From: Tubulanus polymorphus | Lineage: Eukaryota; Animalia; Nemertea | DNA: 64,000 bases | Reading direction: 5' to 3' | NCBI RefSeq assembly: GCF_964204645.1 | Contig: NC_134032.1 | Location: 3,248,175-3,312,174, forward strand | Shown: positions 31,799 to 43,469 of the stretch, piece after piece | How the letters are laid out: each line of letters starts with the position of its first letter | Position numbering within the stretch: position 1 is the stretch's first letter | Position numbers and translations under genes: made by a program | Notes under the pieces: generated by a model | Seen by the model: the letters and a program-made list of their open reading frames with translations, nothing else | Database searches by the model: none | Told to the model about the DNA's origin: nothing

Positions 31799-32829
31799 TT
31801 AAAGTAATCTAAAAACAAAGCCCAGACAGTTGAATTATGATTGATAAAAGCTGCTGTAGATTTTGCATATTGTGCGTATATAACTGTGTTTCATTAAGGT
31901 TAAAGGATTCACGCTAAATCGGTCACTTATAACCTACAATATGGCGCTTTGAAAATAATCCTTTTCGAAACAGCTTTATTGTGGAGCATCGCGCGCATAG
32001 GTAGGTTTGGATTGGTTTATCCCGGAATTCTCTTCTTCGTTTCGACCAGAATGTGCTCTACTTGCTCCGGAATAGGAAAATCCTGTAAACCTGATAGGTT
32101 TAATGGCCTCTACTTATTCGGGAATACTCATCTGGAGCTTTCGTTCGACCAAGATACGCTAAAATATCCGGAATATAACGTTCTGTACACCTGATAGAAG
32201 CGACCGGGAGAGAGTTTGGCAGGTTTGATTGGTTATCTATCGATTCAGGAGTTCTCTTCTGGCGGGGTCGCGTCGACAAGAATATGCCTGAACGGTTCGA
32301 TGGCGATCGGAACCTGTCTAAAATGGCACCCAGAGTATACTGAGATCAGTGACTCAAAAGTGGATTTAAGATAACCGACGGATTAATAGCATAGTAAAAA
32401 TGAGCTTTCAATTGTCACTATGTCAACTATCCACTGATTAGCTATAATACAACTTTTTGTTTCTTTTTAGCAGACGACACCCAAGTTACGAAGATGAACG
32501 ATCAGAAATACGGCGAAAGTCTCCGATTTTTTCTTCTGCATTGCAGCCAAATGAACTTCGGACTGAAGAGATTATGTGAAGCAGTTCGTGTCGTCTGTCG
32601 GACCGCTACCGACAAACTGATGACAGCAGGCGGTAGGCGAAGAGGTTTGAGAGTGCTATCAGTCGGTGCGGCTCACGGGTATCTGTTAGAAGATGCGTTC
32701 ACCGAACTCGGCGATGAAGTTGGTTTCGAACGCGTCGACTGTGTTGAACCGAACGAGGTCATGTCGCTGGAGCTGGAGACTCGAATGACTGAACTCGCCA
32801 GTAAGTACGACTTCCAGTCCGAGGTCTAT

Positions 32830-34092
32830 TGATACACCGGTCACAATCCTCTCTTTAATCGTTATCTATAAAATACTTGAGTAAGGCCCTGGCGAGAGAA
32901 CGTGTCCGTGCACAAATCCGAATGAATAAATTGAAATACCGGATGATGATATTGAAGATAATATATTTTATTTACCTTGAACCTGAGAATGATTTTCCTA
33001 ATCCCTATATTATGAATTCCTATCGTTCCGAAGCTTCTCCTGTCCTGCTGTCGACACTCGTCTTACTAATGTACAGATTCTCCCGATTGACTGCTCTCTC
33101 AAGATGCGGGTCCCTTTTATAGAAAGAATCGGCATTCTTTAAATACCGACTCTCCCACTCGACTTTTGGCAAGGAGCAGCAACCTTACTATCATGACTGT
33201 TTTGGTCATATAGAATTTGGCCTTAATGATTCGCTGATCTAACATTATTTTCAAAACTGATTTGCTAAACTAACTTTTTCCTTCCAACCCTCCTGTCATG
33301 ACGCGTTGTGATTTACTCACTCCTTGCTAGTCGTTGTTGAGAGATCAGCTATTGTCTGTGAATTACCAACGAGCGCATACAGACAACAGAAACTTCAGAC
33401 AGCTAGTTTTAACATTTAACTCAAATTAATTTTTCTAAAACATTAGCGATTATTAACAATTTGTTCTTTAACAACATCTAGATTACTCAAATTAAATATC
33501 TTTTCAAAACTTTGTTTTCTTTTCTAATTACAGTACAAATTCATTGTTTCTTTTTTAAATATAATTATAATTAACTACGATTCAGAATACATTGTGATTG
33601 ATTATCAATTCATAGATTATTTGAAATACTATACTAACTATTTTATCTACAATTTAACTAATTCTATTTTAATACAGGATAAGCAAAACAACCACATCTT
33701 CCTAAACTTCCGGTTTTTCCTTTTACGGAAAGTAGCCGGGAATATCATCAAGTATCAGCGTGATCCCTTCACGAGCCTCATTATAAATACACTCCATTGT
33801 CCCGACCCAACCAAATATGGTTCCAACTATTTAAAAGTTTTATATAAAGATTTTCTGAATGTTTGCCAGATCTCACAGCAGAAGAACCGAGAAAGAATTG
33901 TTGTTTATAGACTGATTTATGGTTTGCGTTGGTAGATGAAAGCATCAAACAAGAACTTTCGTAATTCTTACTACTAGTACGTTCCTGTCTGACGGCTTTA
34001 ACGTAACCCCTACGCATACGGAAACAACATTAAGAACATTTCTAAATACTACGAAACATTTTCAAATACAACGAAAATCTAGCTGTGGATCA
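32830..34092 (-). repeat. 3' LTR
   Basis: Direct repeat of 39185-40444; about 18 substitutions and one small indel counted by eye. Confidence 0.95.
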
Positions 34093-35515
34093 ACACTCCC
34101 TATCCAGTTTAAATTTCGTCCCGAAATTTTGAATTAAAACGAACTCGTGAATATCCCGCTGATACCTCTAGAACAAATCCTGAAAAAGAACATTAGTAAA
34201 CAATTCATTATAACGAGTAACTATTTCTTAGAATTCGACACTACAACGCATATTAAAGTTCATGATATAGTTTATCATAAAACCGTATTTAAAGTTCTGG
34301 ATACCCAATCGGAAAAAAGTTCATTCGAGACCGCTGTCCCCGCACACTAAACAGTCGAAAGTTAAGCACAAAACAGTTCACAGTTTGAGTTTAGAATTTA
34401 CCGCGAAGTGACGCAACAGCTACCAGACACAACAAGGTACGTCATGGACGGACGAATGACGTCATCCACCGCAGTTCCTCGAAGCGCGTACTGCTACGTC
34501 GATAGTACGGCAAAACGCATTGATGTTCAGCTGATACTTGCTCGCTATTCATAGACGCTATAGTACTACGGTTACTATATCGGAGTCTTTTCTCCACAGT
34601 TAATATAGAAACGGAACAGTAATGTATCTGCATCATATACTGCTTGCGCGAACAACATTCCATTGAACGTAAATGTGAATACACGGGAGCCATCTTGAAC
34701 ACACTCGACTTCATCCCGCTAAAATGTCTACGGAATTTCTCATTTTTTTTCTGCTCCTTTCGTATCGCGTTGGCCAGGTGTCTTTGTCCACCCTTCATCA
34801 CTTAAGTTTGTGAGTATATAGCAAGTCTTCGAGAGTGACAAGCACCGCTAACCATGGCCATAATCGCATGACTAACATCGAGCATGAATCCATCCCGTTA
34901 AAACCAACGCCCAAAGTTCGCTGTTGTATGTCGAATATTCGCTCCGTTTCTTCGTTATTTGACGAATCGGGAAATTAATATATTATATTAATATATATTA
35001 ATAAAGTTGCTTGTTTATCATACTATCAGTTGCGTCGAATAGTTTCAGGATACCTCCCAACAAGTCCCCATCTCCATATGGTCACTATCAGGGGGGTACC
35101 CATCAACATCTATTGCGGTTGACAGAAGAAGGCATTCTTCCATCGTAGTGCTGTCATATTCCGACGGTCTCATCTTCACATCCGATAAGGGTACCTTACA
35201 ATCAAATAAAAACACAGAGATTATATAAAAATTTCATAACTCTTTCTTAACTGACAATCAATGACATCCATTCAGACTACAGATAATAAACCCTAGAGAC
35301 TAGTGATATTTCAGCAAAAAAACCAATATTACGACAATCAAGCTATTATTCACTTTTATTTATGGTTGTCTTTATCTCCTGTATTAGATTAAACCCAGAC
35401 CAGGAGTTAACTCATTGGCAACAATGCGTTATATATACTTCAGTTTTACAACACTTAAGTAATTATATTTTGATAACTTACTGAAGAGACGCTTACCGTA
35501 TACAATTCATAATTT

Positions 35516-37489
35516 TCAATAGGACGTATGCATCTTGATCCAAACTCTAAATAATTCGATTATACTTACAAATTTCGTCTGACGTCTGAGGGTCTTCCAC
35601 ATGTGTGACAGACACCTCGGTGGCCGAGGAAGCTGTCCTGACTTCGCCTCTGTTTTGAGTGATCGGTCAAGTGACCACCCATCTGTCCACGAATCACTAC
35701 GACACGTATCTTCAAAGAGGGTGACGTGTCGTGATGTAGGGTTCGTGACTCGAAGCCTATGCCTCGATGGCATGACGCTAACAACTGACCTTGCGCTCAT
35801 GAGATCACGCATTCTCAAATCATGTACTGGCTCAAAGGCTGCAATCGATGACTGAGACTTGTCAATTAACCACTTACGGTCTACGGTGACATCGCATGAA
35901 GGGGAAATAATAGTCATACGCGTGACTTTAACCGACGAAGATTTCCCCAAGATGACATCATTACTAAAGTAAATTATGTCGGCGCCTGGCAACAAGGGAG
36001 CCTTTTTAGCATAATCGATAACTGCCTGGTTTCGTTCCAGGAAATCAACTCCGAGAATGAAGTCCGAGGTGACTCCATCCACCACGTACATAGAATGTGA
36101 CACGTCCAAATTTCCTAGTACAAAATCTACGGAAATAACACCTTTTAAATCAAACTTAGTACCATCTACCCCACGGGCGGACTGAAATTGTCCCTCCTGC
36201 AAAGGGCCATTCGATATCTGAGGATGATTGATGAAGTAATTGTTTGACACTACAGAAATATCGGCACCCGTATCAATCAAAATGTTTAACGGTGTCCCTG
36301 AATGACTACCAGTCACTCGGTTGGCGGCACTTGCCATGATTGACGGGGAATAAGCCTCCTGTCCAATAGTGTTGTTCTGACTGGAAAAGGACCCTATGTC
36401 GTTGGTTGACGTGTTACCTAAAATCATCGTAACAGGTGGAAATTGTTCCTGACAGTGAACAGTTGGTTGACAATCGGAGTTCGAATCTCCTATCCCAACC
36501 TTTTCGTTGATTGGTATATTCGGTTTAGACGTGAGAACAACTTGACCTCTATCCTGTTCATGGGACATTCCATTCCCAACCGGATGGTGAAAACTGCTGG
36601 CATTTGAGGTGACAGGAAAGTTCTGTCCTCTTTCAAACGAGTGACACAAATTCTCCGAAATTGACTCCTGACTAGATATCTTTGATAAAATAGTTTCCAT
36701 ATTACTCTGATCATTAAGACATTCCGATCGTGAATTATTACTACTACTTGAACCTGATGACACAAGATCACATTGTATTGCTGATTCGGAGGTTGCTGGG
36801 TACCTATACTGATCAAAAGCGCCTTCGTGACAATCTAAATGAGACTTCCTATCTCTAAAAAGGTCATCTGCCGAATCCGTCGGACCATTAACCCCTCTAG
36901 GGTGTGACCTATCCATACTAATATTGTCACTCGAGCACGCCATATCAGCACGTACCTCCTGCAATTTAACCGGATCGCTAACCGTAACCCTCCTGTGTCT
37001 TTTTATATGCTCGTAAGTAGTCGACAACTGGGAATTGTCCCTCCAGATGTCCTCAAAATTGGATCCCTGATCCATATAAAAATTTCCATCTAACGACAAC
37101 TGGGAATTGTCCCTCCAGCTATCCCCAAAGTTACGATCTTGAATGTCATAAACGTCATCAGCACCCCATGAAGGAGTGTGATGGCCGGCAAACCTATCTA
37201 AATTCAGAGACTCACTGTCATGAAAGTAATACGCAGTACAATTTTCCTCAGGTCCAAAATAATCGTCAACTGAATCAGCTAGCATGTCGCCCTGATCAAA
37301 TGACATGTCAAATATATCCTCCCTATCGTCCTCAAAATAATCATCATCATCATCAAAAATATAATTATCAATTACCGGACTGTCATTATCATAACTATGA
37401 TAACCCGAATATGTGTCATCCCACCAATAATCACTCCTTATTAACGAGTCCGGCGAGGGCTCAGTTGACCATTCATTGCGCGACCCCAC
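35516..37489 (-). CDS. Retropepsin-type aspartic protease preceded by a long acidic/Ser-rich region
   Basis: LIDTGADIS catalytic motif and ILGVDFL; different frame from gag. Confidence 0.8.
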   Translation of the reverse strand: MGSRNEWSTEPSPDSLIRSDYWWDDTYSGYHSYDNDSPVIDNYIFDDDDDYFEDDREDIFDMSFDQGDMLADSVDDYFGPEENCTAYYFHDSESLNLDRFAGHHTPSWGADDVYDIQDRNFGDSWRDNSQLSLDGNFYMDQGSNFEDIWRDNSQLSTTYEHIKRHRRVTVSDPVKLQEVRADMACSSDNISMDRSHPRGVNGPTDSADDLFRDRKSHLDCHEGAFDQYRYPATSESAIQCDLVSSGSSSSNNSRSECLNDQSNMETILSKISSQESISENLCHSFERGQNFPVTSNASSFHHPVGNGMSHEQDRGQVVLTSKPNIPINEKVGIGDSNSDCQPTVHCQEQFPPVTMILGNTSTNDIGSFSSQNNTIGQEAYSPSIMASAANRVTGSHSGTPLNILIDTGADISVVSNNYFINHPQISNGPLQEGQFQSARGVDGTKFDLKGVISVDFVLGNLDVSHSMYVVDGVTSDFILGVDFLERNQAVIDYAKKAPLLPGADIIYFSNDVILGKSSSVKVTRMTIISPSCDVTVDRKWLIDKSQSSIAAFEPVHDLRMRDLMSARSVVSVMPSRHRLRVTNPTSRHVTLFEDTCRSDSWTDGWSLDRSLKTEAKSGQLPRPPRCLSHMWKTLRRQTKFVSIIELFRVWIKMHTSY

Positions 37490-37491
37490 CC

Positions 37492-38559
37492 TTATCGGTC
37501 CATAGGATGAGGTCTCCGGTCGTTTCCCTGACCAAATGTTCGATTAACCCGTTGGGAATCACACCCAAGATTCTGTGACCGAAACTGACCCCTACCAGAA
37601 TTTTGGGGACGGCGATTATCACGCTGAAATGCGTCCCGGTTTGGCGAGACCCGTGACCTTTGTTGGTCGTAACGCCACGTCGGGCAATTCCTGGCGTAAT
37701 GACCAGGGGCGTGACATTGAAAGCACACCACCTGGCCATCCTGTGACCTTTGTGACGGGCGGCTTTCGCTATAAAATGTGGCTCTATCATTCCGCTGAGT
37801 ACGGGTAGACTTCTGGATGTCCATAATTTGGCGGAACATGTCCCGTAACTCAGTCATAACGTCACCCATCGCTTTATTTGGTTCGGTCCCAATTTGCGAT
37901 ACCTTGGGAGAAGACAGAGCTTTACGTTGTTCGATATGCTCCGCCATTCTGGCTGCCTCCCATGCATCCCTAAATGTCGTCGGACGCTGTGACAACAGGT
38001 AGACAGAGATGTCAGGGCGAGAGTTGTTAATTAGTAACATCTTTTTCTGGTGGTCCGAAAATTTCAAACTCGAGGCCACACGATCGATCTCTTCCGCAAA
38101 CCTATCGACCGGTTGTGTCTCCCCCTGTCGCATCGTCGTCAAAGCCGACTCCTTGACCAAAGCCCACGAGGTGGGGCTAAATCGCGCGCAAAACGCACGG
38201 ACAATATTTTCCCAGGGAGTGACAACTTTGCCACCGGCCGCATCGGTTCCCTGATCAATTCGAAGATCATTAAATAAGATTAGGGCCGGGCCAGCCATAA
38301 ACCAATACAACTGTTTCTTTTAAGCGTCATCGTTCCAACCCCTTAGATCGGCCAAACGGTCAAATCCTTTGAACCAATCAGAGACGCACTGGTCGTCTCG
38401 TCCCGTAAATTTAGGGAGCAAAGAGAAATTCATGAACGCCGTGGCTGTGTCCACCTGTTCGCGAAGGCCAGAGAGGGCCTGCAGAACAGTGTCGTTGCTT
38501 ACAGCGGATCGTTCCCGTGAGCCACCCGCACCGTACGTCGTCTCCCCTCCAGTCGACAT
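37492..38559 (-). pseudogene. gag: Gag with CCHC zinc knuckle and a premature stop at 38320-38322
   Basis: LPKFTG...WF, RQGETQPVDRF, CFQCHAPGHYARNC; ORFs 38320-38559 and 37492-38310 share one frame. Confidence 0.85.
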
Positions 38560-38625
38560 TGTATATCTTTAAACGAATACTAATCTTAAATAACATTTTA
38601 AAAATGTCCAACCCAAAAAACAGAT

Positions 38626-38989
38626 GTAGGTTCGATTCCCCATCCTGGCTGGACGGTTTTGGCAATTCACAAGGTGGAGGGTTCGAACCCCTCAATGGCT
38701 GTAGTGCAGCCCCATCGGTGTCGACCTGCATGGCGAGTGGGTTAGAATCCCACAGAGGTCCCCGACACTCCTCCGGTATTACACATGAGCGTGCAGTGGT
38801 GGGTTCGAATCCCACGACGGCTCTCGAAGTTCCTCCGGAATCTCAAATGGTCGTGCACTTCGCGGGTTCGAATTCCGCAATGTCTCAACAGGGACGACCG
38901 GTGTTGGCAGTGGGTTCGAATCCCACAATGGTTCCCGAAACTCCACCGGAATTTCAAATGGTTTCGTTTGAGGTGGGTTCGACTCCCAC
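38626..38989 (+). repeat. Array of seven tRNA T-arm / B-box-like hairpins in the element leader
   Basis: GTGGG-TTCGAAT-CCCAC and variants every 48-63 bp. Confidence 0.85.
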
Positions 38990-39165
38990 AATAGCTTTTC
39001 GAATGTTGGGTTGGTTGTAGCGCGGCGCTTCTTAGAAAATGCGTTCTTCGCACGACAATGTGAGCATATAAAAATGTATACCATTTGAACAACAATTAAT
39101 TACTAATGCAAAAGTTTCCGGCACAACTGAACAGTATGGGTTTCGGCACCAGTGATACGCCAATA

Positions 39166-39183
39166 TCCCGGGTTTCGGCACCA
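39166..39183 (-). promoter_or_regulatory. Primer-binding site for tRNA-Phe
   Basis: Minus strand TGGTGCCGAAACCCGGGA, complementary to the eukaryotic tRNA-Phe 3' end, 1 nt from the 5' LTR. Confidence 0.9.
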
Positions 39184-39184
39184 G

Positions 39185-40444
39185 TGATACACCGGTCACA
39201 ATCCTCTCTTTAATCGTTATCTATAAAATACTTGAGTAAGGCCCTGGCGAGAGAACGTGTCCGTGCACAAATCCGAATGAAAAAATTGAAATACCGGATG
39301 ATAATATTGAAGATAATATATTTTATTTACCTTGAACCTGAAAATGATTTTCCTAATCCCTATATTATGAATCCCTATCGTTCCGAAGCTTCTCCTGTCC
39401 TGCTGTCGACACTCGTCTTACTAAGGTACAGATTCTCCCGATTGACTGCTCTCTCAAGATGCGGGTCCCTTTTATAGAAAGAATCGGTATTCTTAAAATA
39501 CCGACTCTCCCACTCGACTTTTGGCAAGGAGCAGCAACCTTACTGTCATGACTGTTTTGGTCATATAGAATTTGGCCTTAATGATTCGCTGTTCTAAAAT
39601 TATTTTCAAAACTGATTTGCTAAACTAACTTTTTTCTTCCAACCCTCCTGTCATGACGCGTTGTGATTTACTCACTCCTTGCTAGTCGTTGTTGAGAGAT
39701 CAGCTATTGTCTGTGAATTACCAACGAGCGCATACAGACAACAGAAACTTCAGACAGCTAGTTTTAACATTTAACTCAAATTAATTTTTCTAAAACATTA
39801 GCGATTATTAACAATTTGTTCTTTAACAACATCTAGATTACTCAAATTAAATATCTTTTCAAAACTTTGTTTTCTTTTCTAATTACAGTACAAATTCATT
39901 GTTTCTTTTTTAAATATTATAATTAACTACGATTCAGAATACATTGTGATTGATTATCAATTCTTAGATTATTTGAAATACTATACTAACTATATTATCT
40001 ACAATTTAACTAATTCTATTTTAATACAGGATAAGCAAAACAACCACATCTTCCTAAACTTCCGGTTTTTCCTTTTACGGAAATTAGCCGGGAATATCAT
40101 CAAGTAACAGCGTGATCCCTTCACGAGCCTCATTATAAATACACTCCATTGTCCCGACCCAACCAAATATGGTTCCAACTATTTAAAAGTTTTATATAAA
40201 GATTTTCTGAATGTTTGCCAGATCTCACAGCAGAAGAACCGAGAAAGAATTGTTGTTTATAGACTGATTTATGGTTTGCGTTGGTAGATGAAAGCATCAA
40301 ACAAGAACTTTCGTAATTCTTACTACTAGTACGTTCTTGTCTGACGGCTTTAACGTAACCCCCACGCATACGGAAACAACATTAAGAACATTTCTAAATA
40401 CTACGAAACATTTTCAAATACTACGAAAATCTAGCTGTGGATCA
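39185..40444 (-). repeat. 5' LTR
   Basis: Direct repeat of 32830-34092, adjacent to the PBS. Confidence 0.95.
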
Positions 40445-41640
40445 CTATAGACGTAAATTCTCTAGCGAGGAGGTGCCTTCTTTCTTGCCGAACGACTTCT
40501 ACGATTTGATCATTTTTTCGCACGTTCTCTATTACTTCGACGATCCGGCGGAATGTCTGGAAGTGTCGCTTTATAAGTTAACTAACGAGTGTGGACGAGT
40601 TTTCCTGAGCTCATCGACGAAGACCTATTATTTCAGCATCACTCGAGAAATCAAAGCCCTCACCGATGACGGTTCATCGCCCATTCCCTGCGGACTAGTT
40701 GAAATAGATGAACACCTACGCGCTGAAGCTGCTAAGATGAAAGCGGTTTCGCGCTCGACCGACGAGGGCGCGATTTCTGGTGCACCTAGCTCTGAAACCG
40801 GTCAGATCGTGCCTCAACGAACAGGACGCAGCCATTCGTAGAATGGGTGATGCGATACTGACGTTCATCGCGGGTCGGGATATCGATACCTTACTGGAAA
40901 CATCGCGCGCACAACTTCAGATTATCATCCGTAAATACGTCGTCTATAATTATGGATTCCCGATGTTGCCTATAACCCTCGAACACTTTTTATTGGCCAG
41001 AAACGTCTGAGGAACTGACGCACGTTTAAATACCGTATATTCGTGGGTCCAAGGACTGACTCTCAAATATACGTTGATCCATCGAATAAACCTGACCGGG
41101 CCCGTACCGAGCGAACCCTTGAATTTTCAAAGTACCCTTCTATCAATCGCTGGGGTCAGAAAATTCGGTTCAAGATTTTTTTTGAGATTTAGAAATAGGT
41201 TCCCTGTTTTTTATCTTTGGAAATTGTAATCCAATAATATGTAGAAATTAAAATGGATATTTTTTACTTATCCTTATAATTAAAAACCGGAAGACACGAT
41301 GCTTCAGCCTCTCTTTCTTTAGGGACCATCGTCGGGTGTTGGGTATATAGTATTTTCTTGATTCCGATCGCGGATACAAAAATGACGCGTTCTATGTCAA
41401 ACAAATCGTTATTTCTCTCTGCTTATATACATGCAGGTCTATATGCGAATAGTTTTGTCAAATAAAATGTCATGGAATACAATTCTATACATTTCACCTT
41501 TTTGTTGTTGTGATTGAGTTTTTATTGGCGGATTTCCAAATAGCCAGAACCTGATATTCATTTCATAATGCGACGATTGACCCTCCAAATGTAACGTGGC
41601 TCTGCCCTGTCTGTCCGGGGGGCACTCCACCAACCAGCAC

Positions 41641-42745
41641 AAACTAGGGGTCCAGGGACACCATGCCCACTTGGGAAGTGGTTCCAAATGCTCAACAATC
41701 TAACAATTTCAATATTCAACACCCCCTGGTGACCATATTCAAAACCCAATGACCTCGAAACTCACCACAATCATAGAACATGTCATGAACTACAACTTTG
41801 CAATTGATCATGGTAACAAAATATGCCTAGGTACCAATATAATAAGGAAATACTAAGTTATTCTACTATTCAACGCCCCCTGGTGACCATATAGAAAAAC
41901 TTATGTCCTTAAAACTCGCAACAATCATAGATGATGTCATGAGCTACAACTTTCCAATTGATTGTGGTTACAAAATATGCTTAGGTACGAATATAATAAA
42001 GAAATGCTAAGATATTGCATTATTCAACGCCCCCTGGTGGCCATATACAAAATCCAATGACCTTGAAACTCACCACAATCATAGAACACGTTATGAGCTA
42101 CAACTTTCTAGATGATTGTGGTAACAAAATACGCTTAGGTATCAATATAATGTGGAAAAACTTTTTCCCACTTTTGAAATTTTTAAATTTGATGGCCGCC
42201 AATTGCATCATAATTGGCTGATGAAAAATACCTGTCTCAGGTATTAAACATCCCTTTCCAAAGAATACCCATCACAAATTGCAATAAGAAATGGTAAACC
42301 AGTAGGAAGCTACAGGACTCAGGATTCGGGCCAAAATTAACATTTTTGGGCACTGAAAAGGTCATAGGACGGCCATCTTGAGTCTGATCGACCTAATTTT
42401 TGTAATGCTGATGAACCCTGGAGGGATTCACATATATCCGAAAGATCAAGCTAATTGATCAAAGCGTCTTCAAAATTTCCCTCAAAAAGTTCAAAAATGT
42501 GTAAAAAGTGCTGATTTTGGCGAACAGCAATGGCAGTCGGGCATCTTGATTCTGACAGGGCCAGTTTTTGGGCTGAAGATGGGTCTAGGGTAGATACATG
42601 TGTAACCCAAATATCAAGACGTTACCTTGAAGCATCTTCAAAACTTCCCAAAATAACTGGATTCCGTCTACGGACGGACGGACGACGGACGAAAAGTGAA
42701 CGCAATAGCCCGCTGGGACTAAAGTCCCAAGTGGGCAAAAAAAAG
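41641..42745 (-). mobile_element. Helentron-associated non-autonomous element (HINE/DINE-like)
   Basis: Subterminal inverted repeat TGCCCACTTGGGA (41664-76)/TCCCAAGTGGGCA (42725-37), (GGAC)n tract, three ~154-bp internal repeats, end palindrome then CTAG, T/A-rich flanks. Confidence 0.6.
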
Positions 42746-43469
42746 AAAGAACAACCTGCGGGAACGCATATATACTATATATTTCAGTGGTTGCCTGAAA
42801 GGCGGCCGCCAACAAACTAACCCCATTCCCGCCAAAACTTCGAAATATATACGTTACATGAAGGTGGCAGCACCGAACGGAGGCTGTTGAATAAACTGCC
42901 GAATAAAGAAACGGCAACTGAGATAAGAACACTCAGGCTATAAACAACACAACAGGGCTCAGTTTCACAAAACAAAAATTTAACTCAAATTTTTGGTGTA
43001 ATTGCCATTGGTTACTTTATGTTTTCTTTCGCGCACTCCTTGACAAACCAGGAAGTAAAATATACATGCATCAACGACCTTGATAATATCGCGCATGAAA
43101 AAAGTGTCTGTGTAACCGAAACTAAGTATTAATCCATAGTTCAATTAGGGTCGAATCCCGCAGTAGACAATAATAATTATTTTGTCATTCAACTCAAGAA
43201 AAGAGTCGACTTAAGCAGCCAAAGGGAATTTATTATCAATCCTCATATAGGCCTGCAAAGAAACCATCGACATAATAGGGATGTTGTAGCGAAAAAATGT
43301 TTTTTTAAGCCGGCCTCTGCTAAATAAAAAGTTTCGGTCCCCAATTTCCTTAACAAAAAATGACATTGGTCGGTGTTCTTATCTGTTACTAATACTTGCA
43401 TTTCGAAAGATAAACCGTACTTACCCGGAATGATGTTACCAATTCTATATGTCAACGTTAGATCGTTCA

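Larger units (their letters stand above)
32830..40444 (-). mobile_element. Gypsy/Ty3-type LTR retrotransposon lacking RT, RNase H and integrase
   Basis: Paired ~1.26-kb TG...CA LTRs, 4-bp TSD CTAT (32826-29, 40445-48), PBS, PPT (minus GGATAGGGAGTGT 34105-34093), gag and protease only. Confidence 0.95.
32471..41010 (+). pseudogene. Class I SAM-dependent methyltransferase (HNMT-like) exon interrupted by an LTR element
   Basis: VLSVGAAHG (motif I), VDCVEPN, then after the insertion YDLIIFSHVLYYFDDP; 32829 joined to 40449 is in frame (EVY-RRKF); further frameshift near 40740-40780; acceptor AG at 32469-70. Confidence 0.85.

Noticed and set aside
38626-38989. CRISPR-like repeat-spacer look, or a tRNA gene cluster
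   Set aside because: Spacers resemble each other, there are no cas genes, the context is eukaryotic, and no D-arm, anticodon arm or acceptor stem can be built.
32877-40369. Duplicated short ORFs (32877/39232 and 33781/40133)
   Set aside because: They are duplicated only because they lie in the two LTRs; no protein motifs.
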